Assembly: GCA_965655095.1 (NCBI GenBank)
Contig: OZ296650.1
Location: 4,154,001 to 4,218,000 of the forward strand
Direction: 5' to 3'
From: Haplodiscus bocki
Taxonomy: Eukaryota
Length of the DNA stretch: 64,000 nt
Below are positions 1-13,199 of this stretch, piece after piece (position 1 is the first letter of the stretch; each line of letters begins with the position of its first letter). Both the position numbers and the translations under genes were made by a program. The notes beneath the pieces were generated by a model. That model had not been told where the DNA came from. It searched no databases and worked only from the letters and a program-made list of their open reading frames with translations.

Positions 1-1410
1 TTTCAAATTTGAAAAATCGTTTAATGTAGCAGTGTAAACTCTCAAAATTTACGTATGCTAAGTGTTTGAATATTCTATGTTTCATAAATTAATTCGCTGT
101 TCACATTAGTGCGGCATGAAAAAACGTCCTCAACTCTTCTTCATTGATTTTTCTCCGTTGTTGCAACACGTAAATTTTGGATTCATTGCAACGAGGGTAT
201 CAGTTTGTACAATTGAAGTTTCGTTTTGCAATCAAAAAACATGCGATTAAAATGTACCCATAAATGCAGCATACAATAATTTCAATGAATGTTCTCCAGG
301 GTAGAATTCTGTTACAAATTTTGTTGTTTTTTGTTATGTCTTTTCTACTATCTGCACCAGCCAAGCGGAGAAAAATTGCGCCCCCAAGGAACAACTTCGA
401 CAAAATTTTACTTCTTATACTATTCTGAAAGATTCTTTGCGTCATTTTTGAAATGCCACAAATTAGTGTAATGAAAACATCAAACCAAACTTTTTTGAAT
501 CACGAAATCTTACAAAAGTAAAGCTCTGTCAAATAAACGTTTTGTGCTTCCAGTTCCAAATGAATGAAACCAAAAAAGGAGGGTGAACATCAATCATTAT
601 TCAAATGAGAACCTCTGAGACTGTGGAGCAATTAAAAGTCGGAACACGGTCAGGGGAGTAGTCGACTGGTTGCATTTCGAGCTCTTTTATAGTTTTAACG
701 AAAATGGCCTTGCTTAGAACGTCCGTAGAGCGAATGTGTGTGAGCAATTGGGCAAATTTTCCCTGAATATGGAGAAAAAACTATGTAGTGCCTACATCTG
801 CTTGGTATACATGCCCAAACTCCACATCGGATCACAACATTAACTGATCATTTGTGAAGCAGTTTGGGGTTGCCAAATTTATTACATACCTGAAAACAAA
901 ATCATTTGGCAGAAGATAGAGAGGAGAAATGTTGGTCGGTCGTTCTGATATCAGATGGTGCTTCGATTAGCTTTCTGCAAGACGTGGAAAAAATGGCATA
1001 TTTTTTTGACAAAGTTGTGATTGCTGTTGCTCTGATTTTGTGAAAATTCGCTGCTTTTGTTGTTTTTGCTATTCCTCTAATTGCAGGCACAGTTGATGTA
1101 TTTTATGTGCCCTTTGTTCAATTTTTTCTTGTAATGGCTGTTTTCATTCTTGAACTTCTTGGTTTTTATGATCAACAAGATCACAAATTAGTTGGTTCTG
1201 TCCGAATGAGTGAGTCATATCATTATGAATTACTGATTACTCATTCATTCATTCATCGAGATATCTGTGACTCAGCTCATTTCAATTTGAGGGTTGGGGG
1301 AGATAATTCACAGGGAGGATTTTTGAAAATGACGGATTGCTTACTGTATCATTTGAGCTATTGAGAACGCATCATATGTGAAGCGTTCTGTCAAGCAATG
1401 CTGTGCATTC

Positions 1411-2571
1411 CAGTATTATGAACTCATCCAAAAGGTCGCCCAAATCGGGGTAGGCGGGTGTCTACTTGAAATCCTGATCAACTACCTTGAAAATCGCAAG
1501 CAGTTTGTGAGAATCGACAACTGTAGCTGCAGAACTTTAGATGTTACTAGTGGAGCACCCCAAGGTTCGCTCCTTGGCCCTTTGCTGTTCTGCATATTTA
1601 TAAACGATCTACCGGAAGTTCTAACCTTTTCTGAACCATTCATCCTAGCGGACGACTTGAAAGTACTCTCAATTAAAAAATCATACCGGGAAATACAGAA
1701 TGATCTGGATAGGGTTGAAGAATGGGTCAAAAAAACAGAATGGAACTTGCCATGGACAAGTGTACGAAAAAAACCTTTAGAGGGAGTGACCGAAGTTTCA
1801 ACATCTTGGATCAGAAACTAGATCACTCAAAGATTGTGAAAGATCTCGGCATCCATGTCTCGGATAATCTAACCTGGAAAATGCACATCGAGGAGCGATT
1901 GAGGAAAGCCAATGAAGTGCTATACTTTCTCCGCAGAAACGTTGCAGTGAAAGTACAGACACTTGTAAAACTAGGACTGTACAAGTCTCTCATCTTGCCA
2001 GTGCTGTTGTACGGTTTCGCATGTGTCTTTGCATCAAGAGCAGATCTCCACTTACTAGAAAATTTCCAGAAGAAGGTAGTGAGGTGGATAACCGAGAATA
2101 AGACAATGAGTTATCTAAGTCAACTGCAATTCCTGAACATCCTGCCGCTACCAATGTTTCTACAGCTGAACGATATGCTGCTCTTATCGAAAATCACAAA
2201 CGAAGAATTGGGAACCAGCATCAGCCTACCCGAGAGACCCGAAAAAAGAGGAAGAAGAAGTGAAATCTTCAAACTTTGGAAGACACGAACAGAGAAAGGG
2301 AGAAGCGAGTTCGTCTTCAGAAATTGCAGACTCGTCAATCGTTTGGACGACTATATCGACTTCATGAACCCGCAAGGACTGAAGAACAGACTTGTAAAAT
2401 TAATGTGGAAATTTTTTGGTGAAAAATACTCGGAATCAAACGTGTGCACTTGGCAGCTCTCCTGCGACTGCCCCACGTGCCGCATTAAGTGGACATTATT
2501 TTAAAAAGACGATTGGGGCACTGAGCCCTGCAGCTATAAGCTGCGAATTCCCAACAACAACAACAACAACA
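1411..2571 (+). mobile_element. 5'-truncated non-LTR retrotransposon (CR1/L2 group LINE)
   Basis: RT motifs 'VTSGAPQGSLLGPLLFCIFINDLP', 'ILADDLKV', 'KDLGIHVSDNLTWKMHI', 'LYKSLILPVLLYG'; C-terminal 'CTWQLSCDCPTC'; stop at 2504, short 3' UTR, then (CAA)n tail 2552-2570. 5' edge approximate; no TSD found. Confidence 0.9.
1414..2504 (+). pseudogene. LINE ORF2 reverse transcriptase, C-terminal half, one frameshift
   Basis: Track ORFs 1378-1821 and 1722-2504 join (…EEWVKK-NRMELAMDKC…) if one A is added to the A7 run at 1729-1735. Confidence 0.88.
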
Positions 2572-2874
2572 TATTTCTCAGCGTTCATTTTCTGCAATTT
2601 GTATGATGCAGCTGCAGATTTCGCGAGATTTTCAAGGCCCTTGACTAGTTAGACACTCTCGAAATCTTATTTTCCCCCAACCAACACTCAAACTTATGAC
2701 CATCTATTTCGAAACTTGTGTAATGTTTCCAGATTTAACCTCTGAAATTTGTTTTTGGATTTGGAAATTGGGTGGTTGAAAACTCAGGTTTTTTCCAGAT
2801 CAAGTTCTAATTGATGCCGCGTCAAAAACAACGATGCAATGGAGTATCTCGCGACTTTAAACTTTTCGCGGGTA

Positions 2875-3556
2875 CACTTGCTTGGGATTTTGGTTTTCTT
2901 CGCAAAAAAGTTCTTGGATTTTCTTGCCTTCTTGCCAAGATCTTAGCAAATAGTCTTGTCAAGGCACGCAAGTTTTTTCAAGATCTTGGCAAGAAATTTA
3001 GAAATATATCACATTTTTTTGAAAAAATAATTCAAATTATTAGCAATTTGAATATTAGCTAATAAAATATTCAAATTGTATTAGCAATGCCTACTTGTGA
3101 TCTCTGTCATGACCAATTGATAAAAAGAGCGAACCTGCAGCTAAATTTCGAGGAGGTTTGAACTGTTGAAGATAGCACAGCCTATCCAACAGTCGCTGAT
3201 GTTTTGCCAAAGGACTAATTTGGTCAATCAGTATTTGGTTAGTTAACAGTATTTTGGTGAAAATTGTTTGAAAAACAATTAGGTCATTCTATTCTATAAT
3301 ACATATAAGTTAGTGTATAACTATAGTTACAAATAAAAATGGTTTGGAACAATGCATCCTTGTTTTGTGTGAGAGAATCTGCGAAACTAATTAACTAAAC
3401 AAAAATTAACTTTCAAGGTGTCAGCACATAATTAACCTTCTTTCCCTTGTCAAAAAACCAAGATTATTTGTTATTCGTGGGAAGAATAATTGATCTTGGC
3501 AAGAGTTTTGACATAATCCAAGAAATTCCAAGAAAACTAATATTCCAAGCATTGGG
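2875..3556. mobile_element. MITE-like non-autonomous DNA transposon with imperfect ~70 bp TIRs
   Basis: Left 'TA|cacttgcttgggattttggttttctt…cttgccaagatc' versus reverse complement of right end 'TA|cccaatgcttggaatattagttttctt…cttgccaagatc'; TA at 2873-2874 and 3557-3558; internal 'aagatctt' palindromes; no coding capacity. Confidence 0.55.
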
Positions 3557-3960
3557 TAGTTACAAATTCAATGAGTTGTGTTCCAAGCGCTAAAAAAATC
3601 TCAAGATGTTCGTTTTGGAGAGTGTTTGATGTTTCGAAATCTTTTCAGGAGACACTCCAATTTCATCTACACTTTTAGTTGGCTACTTTTAGTGATCTCA
3701 CAGCTTCAAAAAGCTTAAAAAATTATCGCGCAAATTTCTCTTTTTCGAAGTCTTTGATCGACTTTATTTTCAAAAAAAACTCCGAGGAAGTATGACAATA
3801 AATTGTCAAAAAGTTGTTTCTAAAACTGAAGGCGTTCTGTTTTGCTCTTTTTCGTATCGATTTGATGCTTTGGTGCGTCGCTAATTATCAACAAAGTGAA
3901 TGACGACTGCCTGCCAATCAAAGAGTTTTGTCAGCTGAGACAAGTCGGAAAAAAGTAATT

Positions 3961-4236
3961 GCTGTAGTGGGGCTTGTTTGTACGCGTCGTCTAGAAAGAC
4001 CGCAGAATTGTCGAGTTTAGTTTATGGAAGACTAACCCTGAAACCCTGATCTGGAAAGTAATCTGCAGGTCGCCACTCGAGTGCCCTCCCACTGCTGGTG
4101 TGCCAAGTGTCAAATCTTCTTTCCAGTGTCATCTCCGGGTTGATGTAACCTGGTTAAGGAAATAATTGATTGGAATAAAAAGAATTGTAAATGTGAAATA
4201 ATAGATACAAAATAGCACAACACAACACAACACAAC
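3961..4236 (+). repeat. Possible SINE or LINE 3'-end remnant ending in a (CACAA)n microsatellite
   Basis: GC-richer ~250 bp segment ending in 'cacaacacaacacaacacaac' (~4217-4236); A/B-box similarity is weak. Confidence 0.3.
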
Positions 4237-4921
4237 TAGAGCTAGAGGTCTGCTGCACACATTGAAAGAAGGCTCAGATTGAAGACGTCAGAGAAAGAAG
4301 CTGGAACGCACGTGTCAAAAAACAACATGCGTAGGTCGAACATGGCATTGACTAAAACAGAAACAAACGCCACAGTATTGCGTGCTCATACATTTTAATG
4401 CAGTTAAATGGAAGCTTTTGCGTTTCCAAGTTTTGTTTCATCAATTTCTATTTTCTGAATAAAAAAGCCGTACTTAACAATTGACAATTTGTTCCACCAA
4501 AATTAATTATACAGTACGAAAATGTGAGAAGTGACCAAATGAAACGAAAATAGAAAATTTTTACAATAAAATCACAGAAGGTCTTTTTCAATATCTCTCA
4601 CCCACCCCACAGCCAACTGTGAAACAAATTATGTACCCTCAAACAATATACCCTCAAAATTGACGAAAATTTGAGTATCCTGAATGACTTTTGAGCTTTG
4701 AGTCATTCTAAAAGAGTCAAAAATAGCTGTTGTAATCCTAATGGATGAGTCATAACATTAAAAAGTTGTGATTACTTCATCACTTCATATTGTTGCGTGA
4801 GGGAAGGGGTGTTTAAATCAGAGGGGAGGAGGGGAGTAAACAGAAAAAATCTAACCATAATTTATTTGCTCTCATGGGTCTTTTCCTGTATCTCCTAATG
4901 AAGTGCCTCCCAATGAATTAT

Positions 4922-5022
4922 GCCCCCTCAATTGCAATGAGCTGAATCATACTTTTTCGCATAAATAGTTCAAAGCATTCATTGACGAATGTGTGACTCA
5001 GTTCATTGCATTTTTTGGGGGC
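4922..5022. repeat. Short imperfect inverted repeat (~30 bp arms)
   Basis: 'gccccctcaattgcaatgagctgaatcata' (4922-4951) pairs with 'tgtgactcagttcattgcattttttgggggc' (4990-5022). Confidence 0.55.
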
Positions 5023-5032
5023 GGGGAGGGGG

Positions 5033-5864
5033 AGTAATGTGTGTGTGAATGTCGGTCAAAACGTGCTTTCTTGACCAGGAATTCACTTACCTCGTCAGGA
5101 TTATACCCTCGAGTCTAATCAGTTGAATTTAACCCGCGGAAACTACTATTCTTATCAGATACGTTCCAATAGCTGGCAGAGTTCCCTATTTGTTCCCCAC
5201 GTTCAGAATTTGCGGTAACACAGGCAACGTTTCGTACGGACAATGCGTTCACTGACTCGACTCCTAACTCAATTCTAGGTGTGATGATAAAAATCATTGC
5301 GGTCAAATGACCGCTCTGAATCCTATTTTTGACCGTTTCAAAGATATTACTCATTTCCCTAGACATGCTATCGGAGAAATTTCTCTCCAACGTTTGAAAA
5401 TCTACTGTGTTCTCAAGGGTTGCCGCTAAACTATCAATGTTTTTGCTAAAAGCAGCAAACCCTTGATCAGCTAAAACACTATTGACCACGTTATTTTGTT
5501 TTTCACTATTCACAGCATCACCGATAAAAGCATCTTGGTCAAAGTCGTCTAATTGGCTAAGCAGCCTTCTGTTCTTGTTCTTCTCTTTCTTCTTGCCGCT
5601 CGAAACCATATTTATTTCGAAAAGTGAATTGTACCAAACAATTCAAGTAGAAACGTCCAACAAAACAAGTGGCAACAGATTATTTCTGTTAATAAAGTTA
5701 AAGAAATTCAGTTTTAACAGTAGTTTCGACCAACTAGTTTCTAGGGTTCATCTCAAGATTCTAAAATTGAATCCGGATCAGAGTTGCGTGGCGTTTCCTC
5801 AGATCGACCTTTTGGTTCGCCAACCAGTCGGAGTGTGCAATTTGTTGGCATCTTACTTGTAACT
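5033..5864 (-). mobile_element. Solo LTR of the ~0.8 kb Gypsy LTR family (related to 56909-57718)
   Basis: Carries a gag N-terminus homologous to 57140-57718 (RLLSQLDDFD / KLFSQLDERD; PRIELGVES / PRVELAMKS). Homology stops at the position matching the LTR end of the 57 kb copy, and no TGG PBS follows. Outer boundaries approximate; no TSD seen. Confidence 0.7.
5115..5609 (-). pseudogene. gag: LTR-encoded gag N-terminal segment (164 aa open)
   Basis: Track ORF MVSSGKKKEKNKNRRLLSQLDDFDQ…; homologous to the start of gag at 57140. Confidence 0.7.
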
Positions 5865-8029
5865 GCAACCACGAATTTTAACCGAAACGAACATCAAAGC
5901 AATTTTACCGCATTTTACAAAGTTATTATGTTGTAATTTTAAGAATAGCAGTTGTACTTGTGTTTGTACTTGTACTTCAACAGTACTTTGACCTAAAAAT
6001 GGAGAAATACCAACAAATAAAGACAGTCAAAATTAAACCGGAGAAAAGTATATTCAAGGTTGAGGTTAAATTATTACGGTAGAAAGCATGGTTTCATGCG
6101 TTGGCACGGTTTTGGGAAAAGTCAGGTACAAAGGGGTTGATATTTTACAGGAAAATCATTTTCATGGTTGATTCAAAAGTGCTCGGTATTAACCTCAAAA
6201 AAGCTGGTCATTGATCTTGAGCTTTGGGTTATGTTTTAATGGTGACTGCTAAGGTTATATTGGGGCGTTATGTTACATTTTTGACATGAAGATATGCATG
6301 TAGTTGAATAACTTAAAAGCGGGTAATTAGGACCAATAAAGAACACGTAACATGTCAATTGGTCAGATTGAACCGAAAAGAGGAAATTTCAAACACTGTT
6401 GACATGTTTCTTTCAAGACACAATCAAAATTGTTTGATCACAATAATAATTACACGAGATAACTTCAAGGTAATATTTATGGCATCAATAATCTTGTTAG
6501 GTTATGCTACTGAAGTTAGATGAGCGTTCGCACATTGTGGTCAAACGACGGTCACCAAGACCTGCTGGTGACCTGAAAATTGTTTCAGTTTTGAGAATAA
6601 ATAAGGAGGATAATTACAAGCACTGGTTGGTTGGGTGGCGTCATTACGTATTTGTATATCGACTATCGTTACGTAAAGTAATAATTGGTTTGGTGTTCAT
6701 ACAATAATACAATTAAGCAGCATGCCTAACTTCAGGCACATAGTTGGTTCAATTTGCATTCTTGGCAGTTCACTTTTGTTCTCTTTCCTCCTTCAATTTG
6801 ATGCCACAGTTTGCTTTGAGAAAACTGGTAAAAAGGAGGTCGTAGTTACCAACTTTGACCAGTCTATTTTTGCAGCGTTTTTTGAGCAGGAGTTTGGTGA
6901 CAGTACTCAATTTAACTAGTTGTAGTTAAGCATAATACTACACGTCAAAAAGCAGTGTTAGCAATAGTTTGGATTGATTCTCTATTTGATGCTAGCGCAC
7001 TTGTTGACACTATGAATTTTATTACGTACGAATATTTCGGCTAAACTCTATTTTTTATACGTACGATTGTATGTAGGTAGGATGGACTTCGGGTAAAAAA
7101 GAAGCATTTGTTTTCCAGCAGTTGCATACTCAAAAGGGATTGCAGTTATATTTTGGTCCTGAAACAACCGCATAGATTTTTTGGCTTCAATAACCGTGCA
7201 GGCTTTGCCGAAACTGACTGTATATGTTTGTCTGGCCGTTACAAGCAGCAGCATGCAACACGAGGAGCAGTGGGGTAATTCACTGGGAAGTACTAAAATT
7301 ATGTTTTTGTTGCTTTTGATGAAGTTTGAGTTAAATTGTGACCAAATGTCTTATGTTGTGTATGAGTGTGTAGCGTGTGTGCGTGTGCGTGTTTCAGCGA
7401 GGGAAATCAACAGGCGCCGACATTCGTCATCTAATGATGCCCGTCAGGACTTTTTTTCAAATAGCCCTCACAGCGCGCAAGCAAACTTTTCGGCTGAAAA
7501 TTAAGGGTTGAACATTGTGCTACCTAGAATTTGGCAGGTTTGTCATTTCGTTTGTATATTATGCATTTAGCCTATTTGCTGCCATGATGATCATGCTCAA
7601 AAATCTATTTATCATCATCTAATACATAATATTATTTTGTTGGACCAATATGAGCAACACTTTGCACTATTACTTCTCTCCCGTCTGTTAGGAAGAAAAT
7701 GACTGCGAAGGCTTCAGGAAAATGTCCACCATGTATGTCCTGGTTTCAGTGTCCAATCGGCATTAATCATGAATGGGTATCAATCTTGTTCGTTTTTGTC
7801 TAACCGTTTGATGCTAACCAGGTTGATCTGTTACAAGGATTGGAAATAGCGTATCCATTGATTTGCTCTGTCAGCTTTGTTACAGTTTAGATAGGGTTGA
7901 CAATTTTCCAGAAGAAAGCTTTCAATGTGCCTGTCGCAGCTGACTGCGAGGCATGCGGCCAGCCCTACCACCAAGAAAGACACCCTAATGCTCAGGAAAA
8001 ACTCAAACACTCACACTATTAATCAAACT

Positions 8030-11000
8030 TTGAACTATGCACTATTAGACTAATTTTAAGTATTGTGCAAATGAACGGATACGTATCTAATACTTATCCT
8101 TAACAATATACATATATATTGGTACGTATTTATACGGAACCAAACTGATCCGAACTAGGACGGAACCGTTAAGGAGCAAACAAATATTTGTGGAGCATTA
8201 TTAACATAAAAGGCGATTTTTCCATATTAACAAAAAAATATAACTTTTAAATAAAAATCCACCTTTTGTCAATGAAATCTGACGGTTTGATTGATTGCAA
8301 GAAGTGCAGTTTATTTAGAACTTGTGATTAAATTGACGCTATAAGCACAGTAACTGATTTTGAGTGTACTGACTCTCGGAGTGAAAATTTGTTCCGTACG
8401 TGTTCCGTCGCTACTAGTCTGGTGGCGTCACCATGGCTACTCCCACTATGTCGTGCTGCAGTTCTGTTGTGAATACGGAGTGATTCCGGATTCATTCCTC
8501 ATTTGAGCACAGACTTCTACCACTACTAGCGAATACGGAGTTATCCGGAAACCACTAGTTGCTAACGGTACGAACGAGGAGTAAGCAAGTAGTGCTACTG
8601 GTTTTCCTCATTTCCAGAAGAGTAGAAGACGTCAAGACTACCTATTGATGAAAGGAGCATGAAAATGATGATGAAATATATTTCTGTACTAGGGTCATGT
8701 AATCTAGATTTTTTATTTTCTTTTTTCCAATTTAGTTTTTTTTTGATTTTCCAATTGAGGAAATTTTCTGTTTCTTCTCATCTATGGATTACACAAGTTT
8801 AAACACTGTAAACAACATGTCGGTGCGGGAACAAACATTTTGATATCCATCTCTGACGGATTAGGTCCGTCCATTTTCTGTCGAAAGATGGAAAAGGCGC
8901 GTCCTCTGAGGGAAGTGATGGATGGAATAGTTGTTTGTTTCCCGCCTCTGTCGGCCTTTGTTTTTGATATTGTAATATATAAAGTACTTTTTCGTACTTG
9001 TGCCTTGACTGAGCGTGTAAACAACAAAGTTTCCCGCCAGGAAAAGGTACAAATATGAGAATTGAAAGTACAGGTGTAGGACCCTTAGAGCGTTTGTAAT
9101 TTTGACTAAAACTCTGTAGTTCGGACGATACTAACCAGGATTGTTATTTTCTGTTATTTAAAACATTGTAAAACAGCAAATTGAGTATTGTGCTGTTTGA
9201 GTGTAGACTTTTTTCAAGGTTTGTGCCTTTAAACGGATACGCATCTAATATTAATCCCGCATAATGTACATGTATACTGGTACGTATTTATTTGGAACCA
9301 AACTGATCAGAACTAAGACGGAACAGTTACGGAGCAAACAAGTATTCATGGAGCAGTTTTATTCTGAAAGGTGCTAATTTCATAAAACATATTTATCTAG
9401 TTGTTAACAAAAAATCCACTTTTTCTCAATGAAATCTGAAGGTTTGATTGATTGCAAGATGTGCAGTTCAATTAGAACTGGTGATTAAAATGAAGCTATA
9501 AGCAGAGTAACTGATTTTAAGTGTATTGACTCTCGGAGTGAATATTTGTTCCGTACGTGTTCCGTCGCTACTAGTCTGGTGGCGTCACGAACACTACTCT
9601 CACTATGCCGTGCTGCAGTTCTGTGGTGAATACGGAGTGATTCCGGATTCACTCCTTATTTGAACACAGACTATTACCACTACTAGTGAATACGGAATTT
9701 TCCGGAAACCACTAGTTGCTAACGGTTCGAACGAGGAGTGAACAAATATTGTTACTAGTTCTCCTCATTTCTAGAAGAGTAGAAGACGTCAAAACTACCT
9801 AATGATGAAAGGAGCATGAAAATGATGACGAAATATATTTCTGTACTAGGGTCATGTAATCTAGCTTTTTTATTTTCTTTTTTCCAATTTAGTTTTCTTT
9901 TTTTGATTTTCCAATTGAGGAAATTTTCTGTCTTTTCTCATCTATGGATTATACAAGTTTAAACACTGTAAACAATATGTCGGTGCGGGAATAAACACAT
10001 TGATGTCCATCTCTGACGGATTAGGTCCGTTCATTTTCTGTCGAAAGATGGAAAAGGCGCGTCTTTTGAGGGAAGAGATGGATGGAAATGTTTGTTTTTC
10101 ACCAGAGTTGGCTTTTGACTTTGATATAGTAAAATATAAAGTACATTTACCTGTTTGTGCCTTGATTGGGCAAGTAAACAACTAAGTTTCCCGCGAGGAA
10201 AAGGTTCAAAAAGGAGAATTGAAAGTACAGATGTAGGAGCCTTAGAACTTTTATAATTTTGACAAGCACTATGTAGTGCTAACGATATTCAGCAGGATTG
10301 TTATTTTGTGTTTTTTAAAACACTGTAAAACAGCAATTTGAGTATTGTGCTATTTGAGTATAGACTTTTTTCAAGTTTTGTGCCTATAAACGGATACGTA
10401 CCTAATACTTTTCCATATTAATGTACATATATTTTGGTACGTATTTATACTGAACCAAACTGATCCAAACTAGGACGGAACCGTTACGGAGCAAACAAGT
10501 GTTCATGGAGCACTATTAATCTGGAAGGTTCTATTTTCGTAATACTATTTTGATTTAGGTATTAAAAATAAACCCACTATTTGTCAATGAAATCTGACGG
10601 TTTGATTGATTGCAATAAGTTCAATTTAATTAGAACTTGTGAATAAATTGACGCTATAAGCAGAGTAAATGATTTTAAGTGTATTGACTCTCGGAGTGAA
10701 TATTTGTTCCGTACGCGTTCCGTCGCTACTAGTCTGGTGGCGTCACCAACACTACTCCCACTATGCCGTGCTGCAGTTCTGTGGTGGATACGGAGTGATT
10801 CCGGATTCACTCCCCATTTGAACACAGACTAGTACCACTACTAGTGAATACGGAATATTCCGGAAACCGCTAGTTGCCAACGGTTCAAACGAGGAGTGAA
10901 CAAGTATTATTACTGGTTCTCTTAATTTCTAGAAGAGTAGAAGACGTCAAGACTACCTAATGATGAAAGGAGCATGAAGATGATGATGAAATATATTTTT

Positions 11001-12656
11001 GTACTAAGGTCATGTAATCTGTATTTTTTATTTTCTTTTTTCCAATTTAGTTTTTTTTGATTTTCCATTTGAGGAAATTTTCTGTTTTTTCTCGTCTTTG
11101 GATTATACAAGTTTCAACACTGTAAACAATGCGTCGGTGCGGGAATAAACACTTGGATGTCCATCTCTGACGGTTTAAGTCCGTCCATTTTCTGTCGAAA
11201 GATGGAAAAGGCGCGTCCTATGAGGGAAGAGATGGATGGAAATGTTGTTTGTTTTTCACCAGATTCCGCTTTTGATTTTGATTTAGTAAAAAAAGAAGTA
11301 GTTTTCCCTCTTTGTGCCTTGACTGGGCGTGTAAACAATTAGGTTTGCCGCCAGGAAAAGGTTCGAATAGGAGAAATGAAAGTACAGATGTAGGACCCTT
11401 AGAACCCTCATATTTTTGACAAGCACTTCGTAGTACTAACAAAATTAACCAGTTTTGTTTTTTTATGTTATTTAAAACACTGTAAATCAGCAATTTGAGT
11501 ATTGTGCTACTTAAGTATAGACTTTTTTCAAGTATTGTGCTTATAAACGGATACGTATCTAATATTTTTCATTATTAATGTACATATATTTTGCTACCTA
11601 TTCATACAGAACCAAACTGAGCCAAACTAAGACGGAACGGTTGCGGAGCAAACAATTATTCAAGGAGCACTATCAATCTGGAAGGTGCTATTTTCGTAAT
11701 AATATATTTATCTAATTTTTAAAAAAATCCACTATTTGTCAATGAAATCTGACGTTTTGATTGATTGCAAGAAGTTCAGTTCAATTAGAACTTGTGATTA
11801 AATTGACGCTATAAGCAGAGTAACTGATTTTAAGTGTATTGTCTCTCGGAAAGAATATTTGTTCCCTACGTGTTCCGTCGCTACTAGTCTGGTGGCGTCA
11901 CCATGGCTACTCCCACTATGCCGTGCTGCAGTTCTGTTGTGAATACGGAGTGATTCCGGATTCACTCCACATTTGAACACAGACTACTACCACTACTAGT
12001 GAATACGGAATTATCCGGAAACCACTGTTTGCTAACGGTACGATCGAGGAATAAACAAGCAGTGCTATTGGTTCTCCTCCTGTCTAGAAGAGTAGAAGAC
12101 TTCAAGACTACCTGATGATGAAAGGAGCATGAAGATGATGATGAAACATTTTTTCTAATAAAATCATCTATTCTGTGTTTTTATTTTCTTTTTTCCATTT
12201 TAGTTTTCTTATTTTGATTTTCCAATTGAGGAACTTTTCAGTATTTTTCCATCTGTGGATTATACAAGTTTCAACACTGTAAACGATTTTTCGGCGCGGG
12301 AATAAACACTTTGATGTCCATCTCTGATAGATTAGATCCGTCCATTTCTGTCGAAAGGTGGAAAAGTCTCGTCCTATTTGGGGAAGAGATGGATGGAAAA
12401 GTTGTTTATTTCCCGCCAGATTCGGCTTTTGATTTTGATATAGTAATATATAAAGTACTTTTCGCTTTATGTGCCTTGACTTGGCGTGTATACAATTATG
12501 TTTCCCCGCCAGGAAAAGGTATAAATAGGAGAGTTGAAAGTACATATGTAGGACCCTTAGGACTTTTAAGTTTTTGACTAGCGCTATGTAGTTTTAACGA
12601 TATTAACCAGTATTCTTATTATCTGTTATTAAAAACACTGTAAAACAGCAATTTGA
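8030..12656 (+). repeat. Four tandem ~1157 bp copies of the LTR U3/TATA segment
   Basis: Marker 'aacggatacg' at 8074, 9232, 10389 and 11546 (periods 1158, 1157, 1157); units are clearly diverged (roughly 10% by eye). Confidence 0.95.
12520..12528 (+). promoter_or_regulatory. LTR TATA box (TATAAATAG)
   Basis: Same motif lies 195-197 bp upstream of the gag ATG position in three LTRs (12520, 47792, and 52987-52995 on minus). Confidence 0.7.
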
Positions 12657-12714
12657 ATTCTCTTCAGAAAAGACAATCAAATAATAATCACTGGCAAACA
12701 GTTTTCCTGTACGA

Positions 12715-13116
12715 ATGGCTACTCTTATAAACAATAGGAAAAATGGTAATATTAAACAAGGAAAATTGTGAGGAACATCCTAGAAGCAAGCAGGAACAAA
12801 ACTCGATTATTCCCAGATCGCAGGAAGACTACATAACTCAAGTTTTTGAGGAAATTGAGGGAATAGTCACAAAGAAATTGTCGCACTACTTCAGTAAGAT
12901 GGAAAACTGCATATTAGGCGCGTTATCACGTCTTGACGATTCTCATGAACTCGCTATTTCAGGGCCACTCCGGAACCACTCCGGAGACGTCCCGGAATGC
13001 ATTTCGCACAAACCAGGGAACAAATGAAGACGACTCACAGAGTGATCCTCATCCTGAAGCAGGCATCTTCCGGAGCCAGACTGCACAAAACTCTGGCCCA
13101 AAAGTTGGCCACGACA
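12715..13116 (+). pseudogene. gag: LTR-encoded gag N-terminus (frameshifted)
   Basis: 'LNKENCEEHPRS…QEDYITQVFEEIEG…ILGALSRLDD…' is homologous to the first 135 aa of the 47989 gag; ends at the LTR end. Confidence 0.85.
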
Positions 13117-13199
13117 GTGCCGAAACCAAATGGGTTCCTCCATGTTGTTGTCACGAGTTCTTCTTGGTTTTGCATGGGCTTTGGCTGTGGGAAGCATGG

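Larger units (their letters stand above)
7932..13116 (+). mobile_element. Expanded 5.2 kb solo LTR of the ~1.7 kb Gypsy LTR family
   Basis: Termini TGTCG…CGACA; exact 5-bp TSD GTGCC at 7927-7931 and 13117-13121; colinear with the single-unit LTR at 52395-54101 (minus strand). Confidence 0.92.

Noticed and set aside
5017-5040. G-rich tract followed by TGT, resembling a PPT plus LTR start on the + strand
   Set aside because: The adjacent LTR is on the minus strand (gag direction) and no internal domain lies upstream; part of the tract belongs to the inverted repeat at 4922-5022.
5900-7900. Short ORFs as possible host exons
   Set aside because: No recognisable domain or consistent splice structure.
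8782-12577. Recurring ORFs in each unit (e.g. 'FRQKMDGPNPSEMDI…PAP', 'GVNPESLRIH…')
   Set aside because: They recur because the DNA is repeated. Both strands give ORFs, frames break in unit 4 and in the LTRs at 47.5 kb and 53 kb, and substitutions are not clearly synonymous. More likely a conserved promoter block upstream of the TATA.
8030-12656. Regularly spaced repeats as a CRISPR-like or tandem gene array
   Set aside because: Whole 1157-bp units are homologous with no unique spacers, and the unit is part of an LTR seen singly at 52395-54101.
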